A stretch of DNA of 64,000 nt, from positions 149,110,001 through 149,174,000 of the forward strand of contig OZ024741.1 of the NCBI GenBank assembly GCA_964016885.1. Reading direction: 5' to 3'. The notes under the pieces are model-generated. The model did no database searches. It was not told the DNA's origin and was given only the letters and a program-made list of their open reading frames with translations. This DNA comes from Eledone cirrhosa. Its lineage: Eukaryota. This document shows, one piece after another, positions 39,051 through 56,570 of this stretch (position 1 is the first letter of the stretch; each line of letters opens with the position of its first letter). A program made the translations under genes and the position numbers.

Positions 39051-39723
39051 TTTTTTTAATCGGCCCGTTATAAAAAGGAAAGGTTGACCTGGTTAAGATA
39101 AAATCATTTAGCTCCGGTGCTCTACCGATTCAACCAAGAGAGAGATGGGTGTAACATGATAGGAAACACCAACAAAGATACTCAAGGTTTGAGCAATTAC
39201 CAAAGTTAAATAAACAATAAATTTTGCCTTTTTTATCAATACAAGCAGGAAGTTGGAGGTTAACGATCTGTCAGAATATATATAAATAAAATAAACAAAG
39301 AAAGCAATAAACAAATAAAACTAAACAAATAAAATACTTTTTTAACAATGGAAGGGACTTGTTTAGTGCTGGTTCTAGGGTGTAGTAATAGTTGGGAGAA
39401 GGAGGAGATGAAGATTTCTTTGATGGGAAAAACTTACTCCAACACTTAATTTTAATTTTAAATCTTTAATTTTTAGTTTTTAACTCCTATTAATTCATTT
39501 TAATTTTTTATTTCAATACTCAACATTTGATAAGATGAATTTTAATAATACATCGAAACTGGTAATACTTTATATACATTATGAATTTTTTTAAAAAAAG
39601 AATTGTCCCTCTCATTTTTTCAATAATGTCATCTTTTCAATAATGTCACTTTAACGAATCAAAGAAAGGATAAAAAAAGAAAAACAGACCCTAAAATATA
39701 TTTTCCATGCTATTTATAACTTC

Positions 39724-41548
<1,825 letters not shown>

Positions 41549-41560
41549 TATATATATATG

Positions 41561-43999
<2,439 letters not shown>

Positions 44000-44968
44000 T
44001 ATATATGTATATATGTACACATACATATGGTTATGGTTGTTTTGAGAACACCGGTGCAATGCAGATTTGAAATAATGAAAAATTAGAGTGATGTAAAAAA
44101 ACAAACAAAAACTTTTACTTTATATTTCAATGTTAGGACCGCTTTTTCAACATCGATGTTGCCTTGGTACGTTAACACCTGGTCAATTCGAAGTTACACT
44201 GTATGTGAGTTGTCTCTGGGGTGAAAGAGGAGGTAATGAGAAAGGAAACAAGTATGGCAGAGAAAGAGATTGCATGGGCAGCAACTGGAACGGGGGCGGA
44301 GAGTATAGATCGAACAAATGTCTAAGGAAAAGAATCATATTGGCAAATTTAATCTAAGATAACCTTGTGGTTCATTAATTATACTCAAGGACACAACACC
44401 CTAACTATTAAGCCATGCTATTTTCTACAACACAAATTATTCAAAATATACGTATTTATGAATTACCTATATACACATTTATATAAACTGTATTTATTAA
44501 TACTGTACTATGAAACCTGTTATATATCTCTCTGTGTGTATTGTCCATTATCAAACCTGCACCTTCACAGTCTTTGTATAAACCACATATTGTTTTACAG
44601 TCTTGCATTATTATAACACTCAGAACGGAAGAGGTCTACACTTCTGCTGGTTCGTTCGAAAACAAAGGAAAACATTGAAATAAATAATAATCTATTGTTG
44701 TTAGTCTCACCCATTTATTTTCAGGATTGCTGTGTACCGTTAATGCAGCTTGGGTCATTGTAAATACTCAATTAAAGCGTGAAGCGAAAATTCCTGTATA
44801 CTTTTTATTCTTACGTATGACGGGTATTAGACTATTATATGTATGTGCATGTGTATGTGTATGTGTTTGTGTTTGTGTGTGTGTGCGTGGGAAATGTGTG
44901 CATCCAAACAGAAATGACCATAATATTAGTTGATCGCTGTAAATAATAATTGAGAAAATCGGACAAAG

Positions 44969-45350
44969 TGTAGCGAAATCTGTCCACACCTTGACCCCTG
45001 GGTGACATTTAACAGTCATTTTTTGAGTTATCTCCTTTCGGGCGTCAACAAGTCTCGAGGCTTGGGGACAGAGGAAGCGACAGAGATAAATAGCCTGTCT
45101 TAGATCAAGCCGGGGGCAGTTCGAAGCAGTTCTTGTGGGAGTAAATATGTAGACTATTGCTTTCTACAGACCCATTGGGGTCTTGCAGACTCTTACTTTC
45201 TCTTACTATCTCTCTTTCACTCAATCTCTATCTCTTGGTCTCTCTCTTAACCAAGCCAGTGAAGTTCATGAAGTTTTTTTGGTAAATACAATTTAATTCT
45301 ACTTTTACAAACAAACAAATAACGTATATAATTCTTGTCTAGTTTTCGTA
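44969..45350 (+). mobile_element. Solo LTR-like relative of 41669-42332
   Basis: Starts tgtagcgaaatctgtccacaccttgacccctgggtgaca; the 3' boundary is uncertain. Confidence 0.55.
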
Positions 45351-45799
45351 TAGCTTCGGCGTGAGCTATTTTCAATAAATTAATAATTGTTTCTACTTTT
45401 GGCACAAGGACAGCAATTATCCCAGAGCATTACTGGTACTTTATTTTATCGACCCCGTAAGGATGAAAGGCAAAGTTAACCTCGGCGGGATTTGAACTCA
45501 GAACGTAAAGGGCAATGTGGTTTGGTGTCATCGTGGTTAATTTATATATATTAATTTTCTGTGTGATCAAGGAACTATCATATCATCATCATCTTATTGA
45601 ACACTTACTCACTTAACTGCCCACATGCAACCTCTGGTCACACTGTATCACATAACAGTGACCTCACGACACAGCAAGCTACAAGTGAGCACACACGCAA
45701 CAAACGAATCAACACCACAACACAATCAACTACCAACCGATCACGACCAACAAACCACCTGGAAACAGGAATTATAGAAAGGAGCACAGGTAATCAAAA

Positions 45800-46530
45800 A
45801 TCTGGCTGATGCTACTTTCTAACGAGATTTTAGTGTCAAATACAAATTGAACGGAGGACAAGTACATGTAGTTGAATGACTGAAAATTTCAAGCTTTTCG
45901 CTAACACAAGTCCACTATCTGGACAATGAGAGACTTCGGAATTGATATGAGAAACGATGCATCATTTGATACGCATATCACCAATGGGCAAACGACTGAC
46001 ATGCTGATCTCCTGGAGGACATTTGTCTTCACCACCAGGAGTATTGCTCCTAGCTATAGTTACCTCACACTGTCAAATTAACTGCAGAATTTGAAGCAAC
46101 CCAATGAAGCAACACCAAGAAAATAAGAGACGAGTTGCTGGGAGAGACTGAAAGAACTAAAACTTTACTCTATAGAGCGAAGACGAAATAGATATGCACA
46201 GATATACATAAGGAAGATCCTGAAAATACTAGCACCAAAATTTGGCGTTAAGTACTAGAATAATTCTTGAACAGGACGTCGCTACATAATGTCAAAATAA
46301 CATCCTTTACATCTAGAGTAAGGACCAGATATTACAATAGCTTGGGGGCCCCTGGTCTATAATATGTTGTTAAACCACATCTTTATGGGGTGGATGCAGA
46401 TATTTTCAAGAAGCATCTTGACATTTGGCTATTTAAGATCCTAGATGAGCTTACAGCACCCCAAGAAGAGCAATTGATGGCGGCAGTGTCGAACTTCCTC
46501 AAATATCAATGGCCAACCAAGGAAAGTCGG
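45800..46530 (+). pseudogene. Decayed CR1/L2-like LINE 3' fragment
   Basis: WERLKELKLYSIERRRNRY motif near 46140-46196. Confidence 0.55.
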
Positions 46531-46749
46531 CTGTAGAAAGTATAGCAACAGTGACTGGAACAAGTATAAGTTAAAAGTATACATATATATACTAGACCAG
46601 TCAATACCCGTTGGGTCACGTTCACTTCAAAATATTTTTAAAAAATCATGTTCACTTAAAAATAACTTTTAAATATTTAAAATATACACAGACATGTATA
46701 TAATGTGAAATGAAACATATACGTGTGTGTATGTATATATATATATAAA

Positions 46750-46820
<71 letters not shown>

Positions 46821-47285
46821 ATGTGTGTGTATATATATATATATATGTGGGTAACCCGTGATCCGATTTACGCGTCACTTGTTTTATTCCATTTGTATTC
46901 CCATTTCAGGGGCAAATTCCTTTCAAAGTATTTTCCCATTGTGCGCGTGTGTGTAATGTATACATGTTTGCGTGTATGTGTATTGACATTTAACATACAT
47001 CATTTTAATAACCATACAATTTAAACCTCGCCGTGAAAAGTAAAACCAGTGGTCGCAGTACAATTGTATCTCTGTGGGCATAAAAACCGAAAATAAGCTG
47101 ATTAGCTTCTAGTACTCTTAGAACTCCATTAGAAAAAGAATAAATATTTTTTGTCCAGAGAGATATTAGTAGCTTACAGTTATATTGTATACAAACTAGG
47201 ATTCGGCTAAACTGACCAGTCTAATTTACATAACAGTCCATATGCTGACAACCTAAATAAATTAAACTATAGTGTGTATATGCAC

Positions 47286-47382
<97 letters not shown>

Positions 47383-47734
47383 TGTGCGTGTCTGTGTATG
47401 AGTTATGTACGCGCATATCCTATCCGTATCCTATCTATATCCATTCTGAGTTCAAATCCCGCCAAGGTTAACTTTGCCTTTCATCCTTACGGGGTCGATA
47501 AAATAAAGTACCAGTAATGTACTGGGTATTTGCTGGCCTTGTGCCAAAGGTTGAAACAATTATTTATATACATATCTTCTTAGATGTACAAAAGTAAATC
47601 AAAGTACTGAATACATGTAGTAAAGCTTATTTATATGTTCAAAGCCGCTGATTCATGTCGATGCTACTCAGTTTCTTGCTATTTGTGAACTTTCAAGCGA
47701 TAAAAATGAATATTGCATCGAGTGCCCATTCAGT

Positions 47735-48356
47735 GAATGTTTGAATGTTTAAAACACATATTCTAATGTTTAAAATACATATTCTAATGTTTAAAACACA
47801 TATTCTAATGTTTAAAATACATATTCTAATGTTTAAAACACATAGTCTAATGTTTAAAACACATATTCTAATGTTTAAAACACATAGTCTAATGTTTAAA
47901 ACACATATTCTAATGTTTAAAACACATATTCTAATGTTTAAAACACATATTCTAATGTTTAAAACACATAGTCTAATGTTTAAAACACATATTCTAATGT
48001 TTAAAATACATATTCTAATGTTTAAAACACATATTCTAATGTTTAAAATACATATTCTAATGTTTAAAACACATATTCTAATGTTTAAAACACATATTCT
48101 AATGTTTAAAACACATAGTCTAATGTTTAAAACACATATTCTAATGTTTAAAACACATATTCTAATGTTTAAAACACATATTCTAATGTTTAAAACACAT
48201 ATTCTAATGTTTAAAACACATATTCTAATGTTTAAAATACATATTCTAATGTTTAAAACACATATTCTAATGTTTAAAACACATAGTCTAATGTTTAAAA
48301 CACATATTCTAATGTTTAAAACACATATTCTAATGTTTAAAACACATATTCTAATG
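47735..48356. repeat. 21-bp minisatellite (aatgtttaaaacacatattct), ~29 copies
   Basis: Read directly; recurring variants aaatacat and catagtct. Confidence 0.97.
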
Positions 48357-48505
48357 CCCCTCCCCATAATTATATTTTTCTCTCCATACTACCAAAACAC
48401 ACATCTACAGTATTTGTATATGCGCTACAATTTATGTACATGTTATGTAGAGAAAGATGGGAGAGAGAGAGAGAGATACAGAGAGGAGAGAGATTGATGG
48501 TAATT

Positions 48506-50904
48506 GATATAGATTTCTATTTATTTGCCACCAGGGCATCAAAGATTGGGACAAATACAAAGGGGGGAGTTTACATACATTTAAAAAGACGTGTAAAAAA
48601 CATATAACAAATTAAATTTAACAATCGATGTCCTCAATTGGGAGGGGCGTTGACATAGGTCGCACACACCCCCGAAAAAATGTGCAACCCTCCTCTTCAG
48701 GAGCACAAAGAGCGGGTGCTTCCTTCCTCTTCTCATTCTTCTCCTCTCTCACCTACAGGCTGATATAGAGAGAAGGCCCATTCACTCGGGCCATTCTCGC
48801 TTCTTTCACCCATCTTTCATAAAACTTGCTGGGGTAGAGCACCTCTCTCTCCATTCCGATCCTTCTTCTAAAGTGGTACTTGAAAAAAAAAGACCAGTTG
48901 TTGGCCGGAGAGAAAGGTGTCTGACCTCAGCCCTTTCAACCTTGTCCACCATACAACTTCTTTCGCCATGGCTATCACTTCGTTTTTGAAAGGGGGAGGC
49001 GGTTTGATCGTGACAATGTTCTCGGTGGTCAACCGGATTGGTCCCACCCGCGACAGTAGTCGTTCCACATAGCCCCACAGGTCAGCAACGCCCGGGCAGT
49101 GTACGAATGCGTGTGCGACGGTTTCCTCGTCACGCACGCATCTTGGACAGATCTTCTTCGAGGGGTCCCTACCCGGGCGCCCGTGTCTGTAGAGCTTGTC
49201 CCGAACGGGTAGAGCTCCTCGGTAACATTGCCAAGCCAGGGACTTTTGGAAGTTGTCCATCGGTCCCGGACCAAACGTCCTACCGAACAGACTGGCCAGC
49301 TCGTCTTCCTCCATGCCCAGAGCCTCTCCGAGAGCGTCGTCGCACTTACTGCGCACCAACCCTCTATAGAATGTTGAGGTTGAGTCTCCACTGATTGCCG
49401 GATCCGCTTGCCAGAGGACGTGAGCGCCTGGGCACATTCAATGTGCCAGTCGCCCACTTTTCTCGGTCTTTGCTTGACCCAGGATTGCAGCTCGGTGAGT
49501 GAGACGAGTCTCGGAAAGGTTCGCCTCACAAACAGGGCCCACACCGGCTGACCGGTGAGGAATACCTGGAGGTGCCGTAGCCTTAATACGTGTCTACGCA
49601 TCGTCAGCCACGGCATCCCCTGCCCTCCGTTCGAAGGGTGTTGACAGCAGATGGATCTTCTCACCAAAGGAGCCCGCTTCTTCCAAAGAAATCGGAAGAG
49701 CGCGCGCTCCATTTTGGCGAGTGTTTTCTCTGGGCAAGGCACGACGGTCAAGCGGTAGTAGATGACGGACGCTATATAAGCGTTCGCCACCTCCGCTCGA
49801 CCTTTCAGGGATAGTTTGCACTCGGCCCACTTCTGGGCGAGTGCAAACACCTTGCCCGTTACCTCGTCCCAGTTTTTCTCCACCTGGAGGTCCGGTCCGA
49901 ACCAGACCCCGAGCAGCTTCACCGGTCCCTCCGTCCAGCGTCCGACGATGTCGTCGGAGGGCATCGTTTTGCCCCTCCACGTCCCGAGTTGCAAACCGAC
50001 GGACTTGTCCCGGTTCAGCTTGGCTCCTGTGAACCTTTCATATTCCTCCAGTAAGGTGCCAATCTGCCCGATTTCCGAGGCGCACAACACCATTACTGTC
50101 ACGTCATCGGCGTAGGCCGACACCGCTTTCCGCAATCCCGGTTCCAAGGGGATGCCCTGCAACAGCTCCAGCTTCCGCAGTAGTGGCTCGAGAGCCAGCA
50201 CATACAGGAGGGAGGAGAGAGGGCATCCCTGTCGGATGGATCGCGTGATTTGGAACGGCTCCGAGAAGTAGCCGTTCGCCTTGACCCTCGAGCAGGTGTT
50301 GCTGCTGTGCATTGCAGCAATCCAGCCCCTGAAAACGGGTCCGAAGCCTGCCGTCGCGAGCACCGCATCCAGGTACCGATGGTCGACCCTATCGAACGCC
50401 TTAGATTGATCCAAGTTGATCAGGGCCCCACCAAAGCCGGGTTCGTTCCCTACCCTCTCTACGATGTATCGCATGAGGTGGAGGTTGTCGTGTATGAACC
50501 TGGACGGGATTGCGCATGTCTGCGCTTCTCCCACCAGGTTCCCGACGACAAGCGCCAACCTCTTCGCTAACACCTTGGCCAAAATCTTCAACTCTGTGTT
50601 TAGCAGAGTTATAGGCCTGAAGTTATCTATGTCATCCCCCTTGTTCTCGTCCTTCCTCACCAGCGTGACTACGCCCTTGGTCACAGAACTGGGAATTCTC
50701 CCGTTCTGTTGCCAGTTGCAGTAGGCCGCCTCGAGGAGACCGGAGAATAAGCCCGGCATCGCTACATAAAGTTCGTATGGTAGATATAGATTTCTATTTA
50801 TTTGCCACCAGGGCATCAAAGATTGGGACAAATACAAAGGGGGGAGTTTACATACATTTAAAAAGACGTGTAAAAAACATATAACAAATTAAATTTAACA
50901 ATCG
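48506..50904 (-). mobile_element. Tx1/L1-clade LINE, 5'-truncated, flanked by a 122-bp direct repeat of its 3' end
   Basis: NFRPITLLN, LDQSKAFDRVDH, RQGCPLS, YADD and a C-terminal CPRC..EETVAHAFVHC knuckle; frameshift near 49420; 48506-48627 = 50783-50904. Confidence 0.9.
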
Positions 50905-50993
50905 TACTCACAAGATCACCAGACAAGACTGGTGATCTTGTGAGTGCGCAGGTGAAACTTTAGAGTAACAAAGCTCACCAATAGCCATAATAA

Positions 50994-51049
<56 letters not shown>

Positions 51050-51398
51050 AAGGTATATATTGAGTTAGAAACTCAAAATACTCTCTTACAATAAAATAGC
51101 TCTAGGAAAGAGATTTTTCCGAGCCGTATATTATAATAGAATATAAAAGAAAAACGAACACAGATATATGCATTTATGTGTTCATATATATATATATATA
51201 TATATATAAGTTGTAATAAAATGAAAACGAAATTTCATTTCTCACTCTTAGTACGGCTTTTCATTTTATTACAACTTATCGTTTTCGGTGCGCCTGGCCG
51301 ACTGAACTCACTCGATATGCAAATTAGGCTGCTCAGCCGTTAATTTTCATAAGGAAAGTATATACTTTCGAACGTTCAACCATCTGGCAGAAGGGTAT

Positions 51399-51441
51399 AC
51401 GGTGCTGATGATAACTAACAAGCTTGAAACTAGTACATCGT
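51399..51441 (+). ncRNA. Minimal type I hammerhead ribozyme
   Basis: acggtg-CTGATGA-taactaacaagctt-GAAA-ctag-TA^catcgt. 6-bp stem I, palindromic ACTAGT stem III, weak stem II. Confidence 0.75.
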
Positions 51442-51597
51442 TCCTGTGTCAGTGTTGAACAAAAAGGTGACGTGGTTGCCTTAACACCGTACGGCATAAA
51501 TTCAGGCTGTCAGTTTGTTTACAAACGGACAAAGCGGGCGTTATAATAAGCGTCCGCTAAACTGATACGTACATATATGTATGTGTACCTGTATGTA

Positions 51598-51659
<62 letters not shown>

Positions 51660-51712
51660 TGCTACTGTACGTCTGTATACATATATGTATGTACGTATAC
51701 ATACATACTTAC

Positions 51713-51832
<120 letters not shown>

Positions 51833-52203
51833 ATAAATTGGGTATAATACCAGTTTCTTACCAAATGCGAAGGAGCTCGATATATTAACCCCTTAGGAAA
51901 GGGCACAGAGCATTTTTTTTTAATTATATATCTACAGTGGCGGTGAAACGGGGGGCGGGGAGAGTCGCATGCCCCCTTCCAAAAATATTTTCTCCCAAAC
52001 TACCAAAACACACATCTATTTGGATATGTGCTACAATTTATGTTTATCGCATATCGAAGTTTTCTGACCATTTTAGAGTGCAAAGAGCTAAACTACTCAC
52101 TACAACTAAATTGTCCAAATTTGCCCACCGCCTCAATTCAGAAATGCTTCCACCGACCCTGATATATATATTTGTGCGTGTGTGTGTAATATATATATAT
52201 ATA

Positions 52204-52708
52204 TAAATGTAATCTGAGATTTTCGAATATTAATAACATTCGATTCGTTTGCAATTATGCAAACAAGCCTCAATTTTAAAGCCATGTCAGTAGAATGAAA
52301 CCTTCATTCTTGCTCTTGTGTTGGCATGTGGACAGAACTGCAGACACTAATGTTTCTGGGTATCACCCTTCATCAGTACAGCTCACTGTTCACCTGCCAA
52401 ACTGTCAGAGCTAGTGAAAATATATGCTATTTTCAAAAATACTCAGTGACTGATCGACCTGATTTGTATATTAGCAGACTGGGTGATCAGTTAGATCTGC
52501 ATATTATCAGATCCACTGATCAGCCAGATTTGCATATCATCAGACTGGCCAGTCAGTTTCCTGTATACGAGCGATAAATGGTCGGCTTTGCCAAATTCAA
52601 ATAAAAAATAAAATTTTCGCTCTACATGGCTGAATACAATAAATGTAACCTGAGTTTTTCGAACGAATCGAATGTTATTATTAATATTCGAAAAACTCAA
52701 ATTACATT
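52204..52708. mobile_element. MITE-like element with ~50-bp TIRs and an internal 27-bp tandem repeat (52445-52555)
   Basis: aaatgtaatctgag.ttttcgaatattaataacattcgattcgtt is inverted at 52660-52708. Confidence 0.6.
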
Positions 52709-52907
52709 TATTGTATTCAGCCATAAATAAAAATAAAGGATCGATCGACTTCGTCAAATTGGACCGAGAAAACAATGTTTTCATTGGTCTTTCCAGTTGC
52801 TAATACTATCTATCGGTCGCAACTCCAGGTAGAAGGAGCAACGTGAAATAAAGTGTCTTGCTCAAGGACATAACGTATCGTATTCAGCCATGTAGAGCGA
52901 AAATTTT

Positions 52908-53138
<231 letters not shown>

Positions 53139-53141
53139 ATT

Positions 53142-53192
<51 letters not shown>

Positions 53193-53193
53193 T

Positions 53194-53250
<57 letters not shown>

Positions 53251-53317
53251 GGGGTACAACACTGGAAGGTAAAATCCGTAGTGGTAGAGCACTCAGGCCA
53301 TGGGACGAGTTAGGTAG

Positions 53318-53520
53318 AAGTGGTAACACAACAGTTAGTTCACCATATCGAGAACAATTGTTTCACCCTAGTGGATCTTCAGCTCGTAATGGACATGGTT
53401 ATACGGAACAGATGGCGGACTCGACACGCCGCATCGGCAGCGGACACGCATCGGCGGCGGGAAGATCCGCTAAGGTGAAACAATTGTTCTCGATATGGTG
53501 AACTAACTGTTGTGTTACCA

Positions 53521-53523
<3 letters not shown>
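53318..53523. repeat. 63-bp inverted repeat with a minus-strand hammerhead (53349-53386); PLE terminal fragment
   Basis: cgag-CTGAAGA-t-cc-actag-gg-t-GAAA-caattg-TT^ctcg; the right arm begins inside the core, at GAAGA. Confidence 0.75.
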
Positions 53524-53574
<51 letters not shown>

Positions 53575-53602
53575 AACAAAAGATGGTTAAAAGAGTTCCA
53601 TG

Positions 53603-53673
53603 TATTTTATTATGCGCATTTCAAAAACAAATATCATCATGCAATAATATTTGTGTTTTCATCAGATAAAACA
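53603..53673 (-). ncRNA. Type I hammerhead ribozyme in the PLE pLTR
   Basis: tgttttat-CTGATGA-long stem II-GAAA-tgcgca-TA^ataaaata; palindromic ATGCGCAT stem III. Confidence 0.85.
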
Positions 53674-54720
53674 GGAGGACATGATATGAAGGTTAAAAAA
53701 CACTTGTGGATAGTTCAGTTTTAAATCAACATATGAGAAGTAGTTTTAGATTGATGTGTGATATTGGGAAAAAAATATTTTATTTAGAGGGGGGGGTGGA
53801 AAGGATGAAAAAAGAGGAGATGAGAGTGAAGGTGGAGAGGGAGGAGTATAATGAGGAAGGATGAGATAGGAGGAGAGATGGGTGATAGAGAGAGAGAGGT
53901 AGCTTTTATAACTGAGAAAGATATATTGTTTTACATAGAGAGGTTGAAAACCGTTGGAAGATAATGTATAAATTAAAAGAATTTGAAAATTAACGAAGAG
54001 AAAAATAATGTAAAGTTAAGGTTTGTATATTGAGGGGTTTGATAATATGTGCGAAGAAAAAGAAAGAGTTAATATGTATTGAGAATAATGAGTTAGATGA
54101 AAGGGAGAAAAGAATAATGAATTGAGGATGAATATTCTAACGTCAAAAAAAATGTATATGTTTACGAAGGATTTTTACAAGGTGATATAGAGTAAGAATG
54201 TGTTGTATTATGTAATAATTGATTCTATGTTAGGCAAGAGTGAGAAAAGGTACAGATTAGGGGTTAGATATTAGAAGAAGAAGAGAAGAAAGGGAAGTGA
54301 TAAATAGGGGTGATGTAGAAAGAGTAGACAAGTATTATAGAATTTGAAAATTAACGAAGAGAAAAATAATGTAAAGTTAAGGTTTGTATATTGAGGGGTT
54401 TGATAATATGTACGAAGAAAAAATGAGTTAGATGAAAGGGAGAAAAGAATAATGAATTGAGGATGAATAATCTAACGTCAAAAAAAATGTATATGTTTAC
54501 GAAGGATTTTTACAAGGTGATATAGAGTAAGAATGTGTTGTATTATGTAATAATTGATTCTATGTTAGGCAGGAGTGAGATAGAAAGAGTAGACAAGTAT
54601 TATAGAATGTATAATAACCTTTGAAATAAGGTAGAAAGATGGGTATATTTTTAAAAGAAGTGTATATATATATATGTGTGCCTTTGAGAAAAAGATTCTA
54701 AATTGATAAAAAATTGAATA

Positions 54721-56119
54721 TTAGCTGTATACTTTGTGAAATGTTTTATGGAATTTATGCAAGCAGATAGAAAACAAGTCAGTGCGTCTATTTATTATAG
54801 AATCTAGATTAGAGATAATGGTAAATTTTTCATTTAGACAGAGATTGCAGATTTTGGATAGAGAACTGTTCAAGTATAAAGACGCAGAAGAAACCTTCTT
54901 CCAAAAGATGCTATATTTAATATTTTTGTCTTTCAAGGACCATATGAGTTCTGAGAGAGCCGTGTTGGTTCTTTTAAGTTTGTATTTAAAAGACGAATGA
55001 TGGTTATAAAGACGAGCTTTAAAAGAGGTGGAAGTGGAGCCAAAATAGGTGAAGGAATTGGTGTCAGTTATAACTTTACATTCGTAAATTAAGTTTTTAT
55101 CAAGACAATGGTTGTTGAGAGGACATTTATTTTTAATAGGGCAATTGCAATTGCAATTAGAGAGATTATTAATGAGTGACCTAGTGTTATCTATAGAAGG
55201 AATTGGATTGGAGAAGTTGTTTGCGATAGGAATAATAGTTTCTTGATTTAGAATGGGATTATGAACATTTAGCGAAGTTGTGTTTGACGTTGTATTTGGG
55301 TTTGTAGAAATTAGCCTAGGGTTTACAATGACGTCTGGAGTACTATTATTATGAAATTCAGTGTTGGAAGGAAGAGATTTAGTATTTAGTATTTTATTGT
55401 TGTGTTTAGAGATAATGTTGGAAATGTTGGCGGATGTAGAATAAGAAAATTTTATAGTGTGTTTGTTAAATATTTTACTATAGATATGTGAGGGAGGGAA
55501 GCATTTATTTAAGGCACTAAAGAATAATTTAGGAATATTGTTATTAATAGAGATGGAGAAAGGAGCATTATACCAGATTATGTTTTTGTATCTAGGTCTT
55601 TTATTAAAGTTATTGGAATGATCATGATTAATTATTCTACTGTAATTTCTTCTAGAATTTGTTTCTTTACTATATTTGATTTTATCAGGATAGCCGGCTT
55701 TAGAAAGCGCGTTATTATAGTAATTGGCGTTAGCATCAAAGATGTTTTTATTAGAAGATAGGTTAGATATTTTTTTTCCAATATTACTAACTATAGCATT
55801 CTTGATATTAGTAGGATGGTTAGATTTAAAGTTAACATAATTTAGGTTCTCATTGTTTTTATGGTAAGGGTAATATAGGCCAGTGTCAAGATTAAGAGAT
55901 ACATCCAAGAAATTAGCTAGTTTGATACTGTTATCAAATTCAATTTTTAGGTTGTGTTGGTTAAAGAGATTACGTATATTGTTCTTAATAATATTAAGGT
56001 TAACTATGTTGCAATTTAAGATAGTAAAGAGTCCATCGTCACGATAAATTCCACCGCGAAGTTGAGGAATTTTCCGACTCAAAGAGTTCAAAATAAAGAT
56101 ACCAATTAAATCAGTCAAT
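54721..56119 (-). CDS. PLE RT (partial) + GIY-YIG endonuclease
   Basis: GGIYRDDGL, FLDVSL, SNHP, WYNAPFS, CNC..KCPL..CL..NLIY, TYFGSTSTSFKARLYNH, CNLCLNEK. The first residues of the listed ORF derive from the inverted pLTR. Confidence 0.9.
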
Positions 56120-56291
56120 TGAAATGCGCATAATAAAATACATGGAACTCTTTTAACCATCTTTTGTTCTTATATATTATGTATACTCCAGTCCTACAAA
56201 CTGTAGAGTGCTTCTTATCCGATATCTGCATTGCTTTATTGTACTACAATAAAACTCACCTCCTACATATATATATATATATATATATTTA

Positions 56292-56570
56292 TAAAGAGCC
56301 ATATATCGTTTAAGAAACAGTATTTTGTACACACATAAAGCACATAATATTTAGGATGATTGATTCATGTCCCTTGTAACTTTACCAAAATCGATAGTTG
56401 GTGATCGATGATCGATTGCTTAGATTGATTTTAGTTATGGTTTCTTGAATCATGAAATGGTACCATTAGGAAAAAAGAACTTTTTCCACCTTGAACTACA
56501 TATTTTTTCCTAAATATTGTTTGCTTTATTTATGTGCAAAATACTGTTTCTCAAACGATATATGGCTTTC
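56292..56570. mobile_element. MITE-like element with ~65-bp imperfect TIRs
   Basis: agccatatatcgttt.agaaacagtattttg..cac..ataaagca...aatatttagga is inverted at 56508-56570. Confidence 0.65.

Larger units (their letters stand above)
53574..56267 (-). mobile_element. Penelope-like retroelement (YRDDG-type RT), 5'-truncated, with an inverted pLTR piece at 56120-56267
   Basis: RT and GIY-YIG ORF, long 3' UTR with an internal duplication (53975-54245 / 54335-54580), pLTR hammerhead. Confidence 0.92.

Noticed and set aside
39520-39570. Hammerhead-like TTGATAA-gatg...catc-GAAA-ctgg-TA
   Set aside because: Two core mutations and almost no stem I; at most a dead relic.
47693-48497. Heptad-repeat ORFs on both strands
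   Set aside because: The 21-bp unit is a multiple of 3, so some frames lack stops by chance; no splice or coding evidence.
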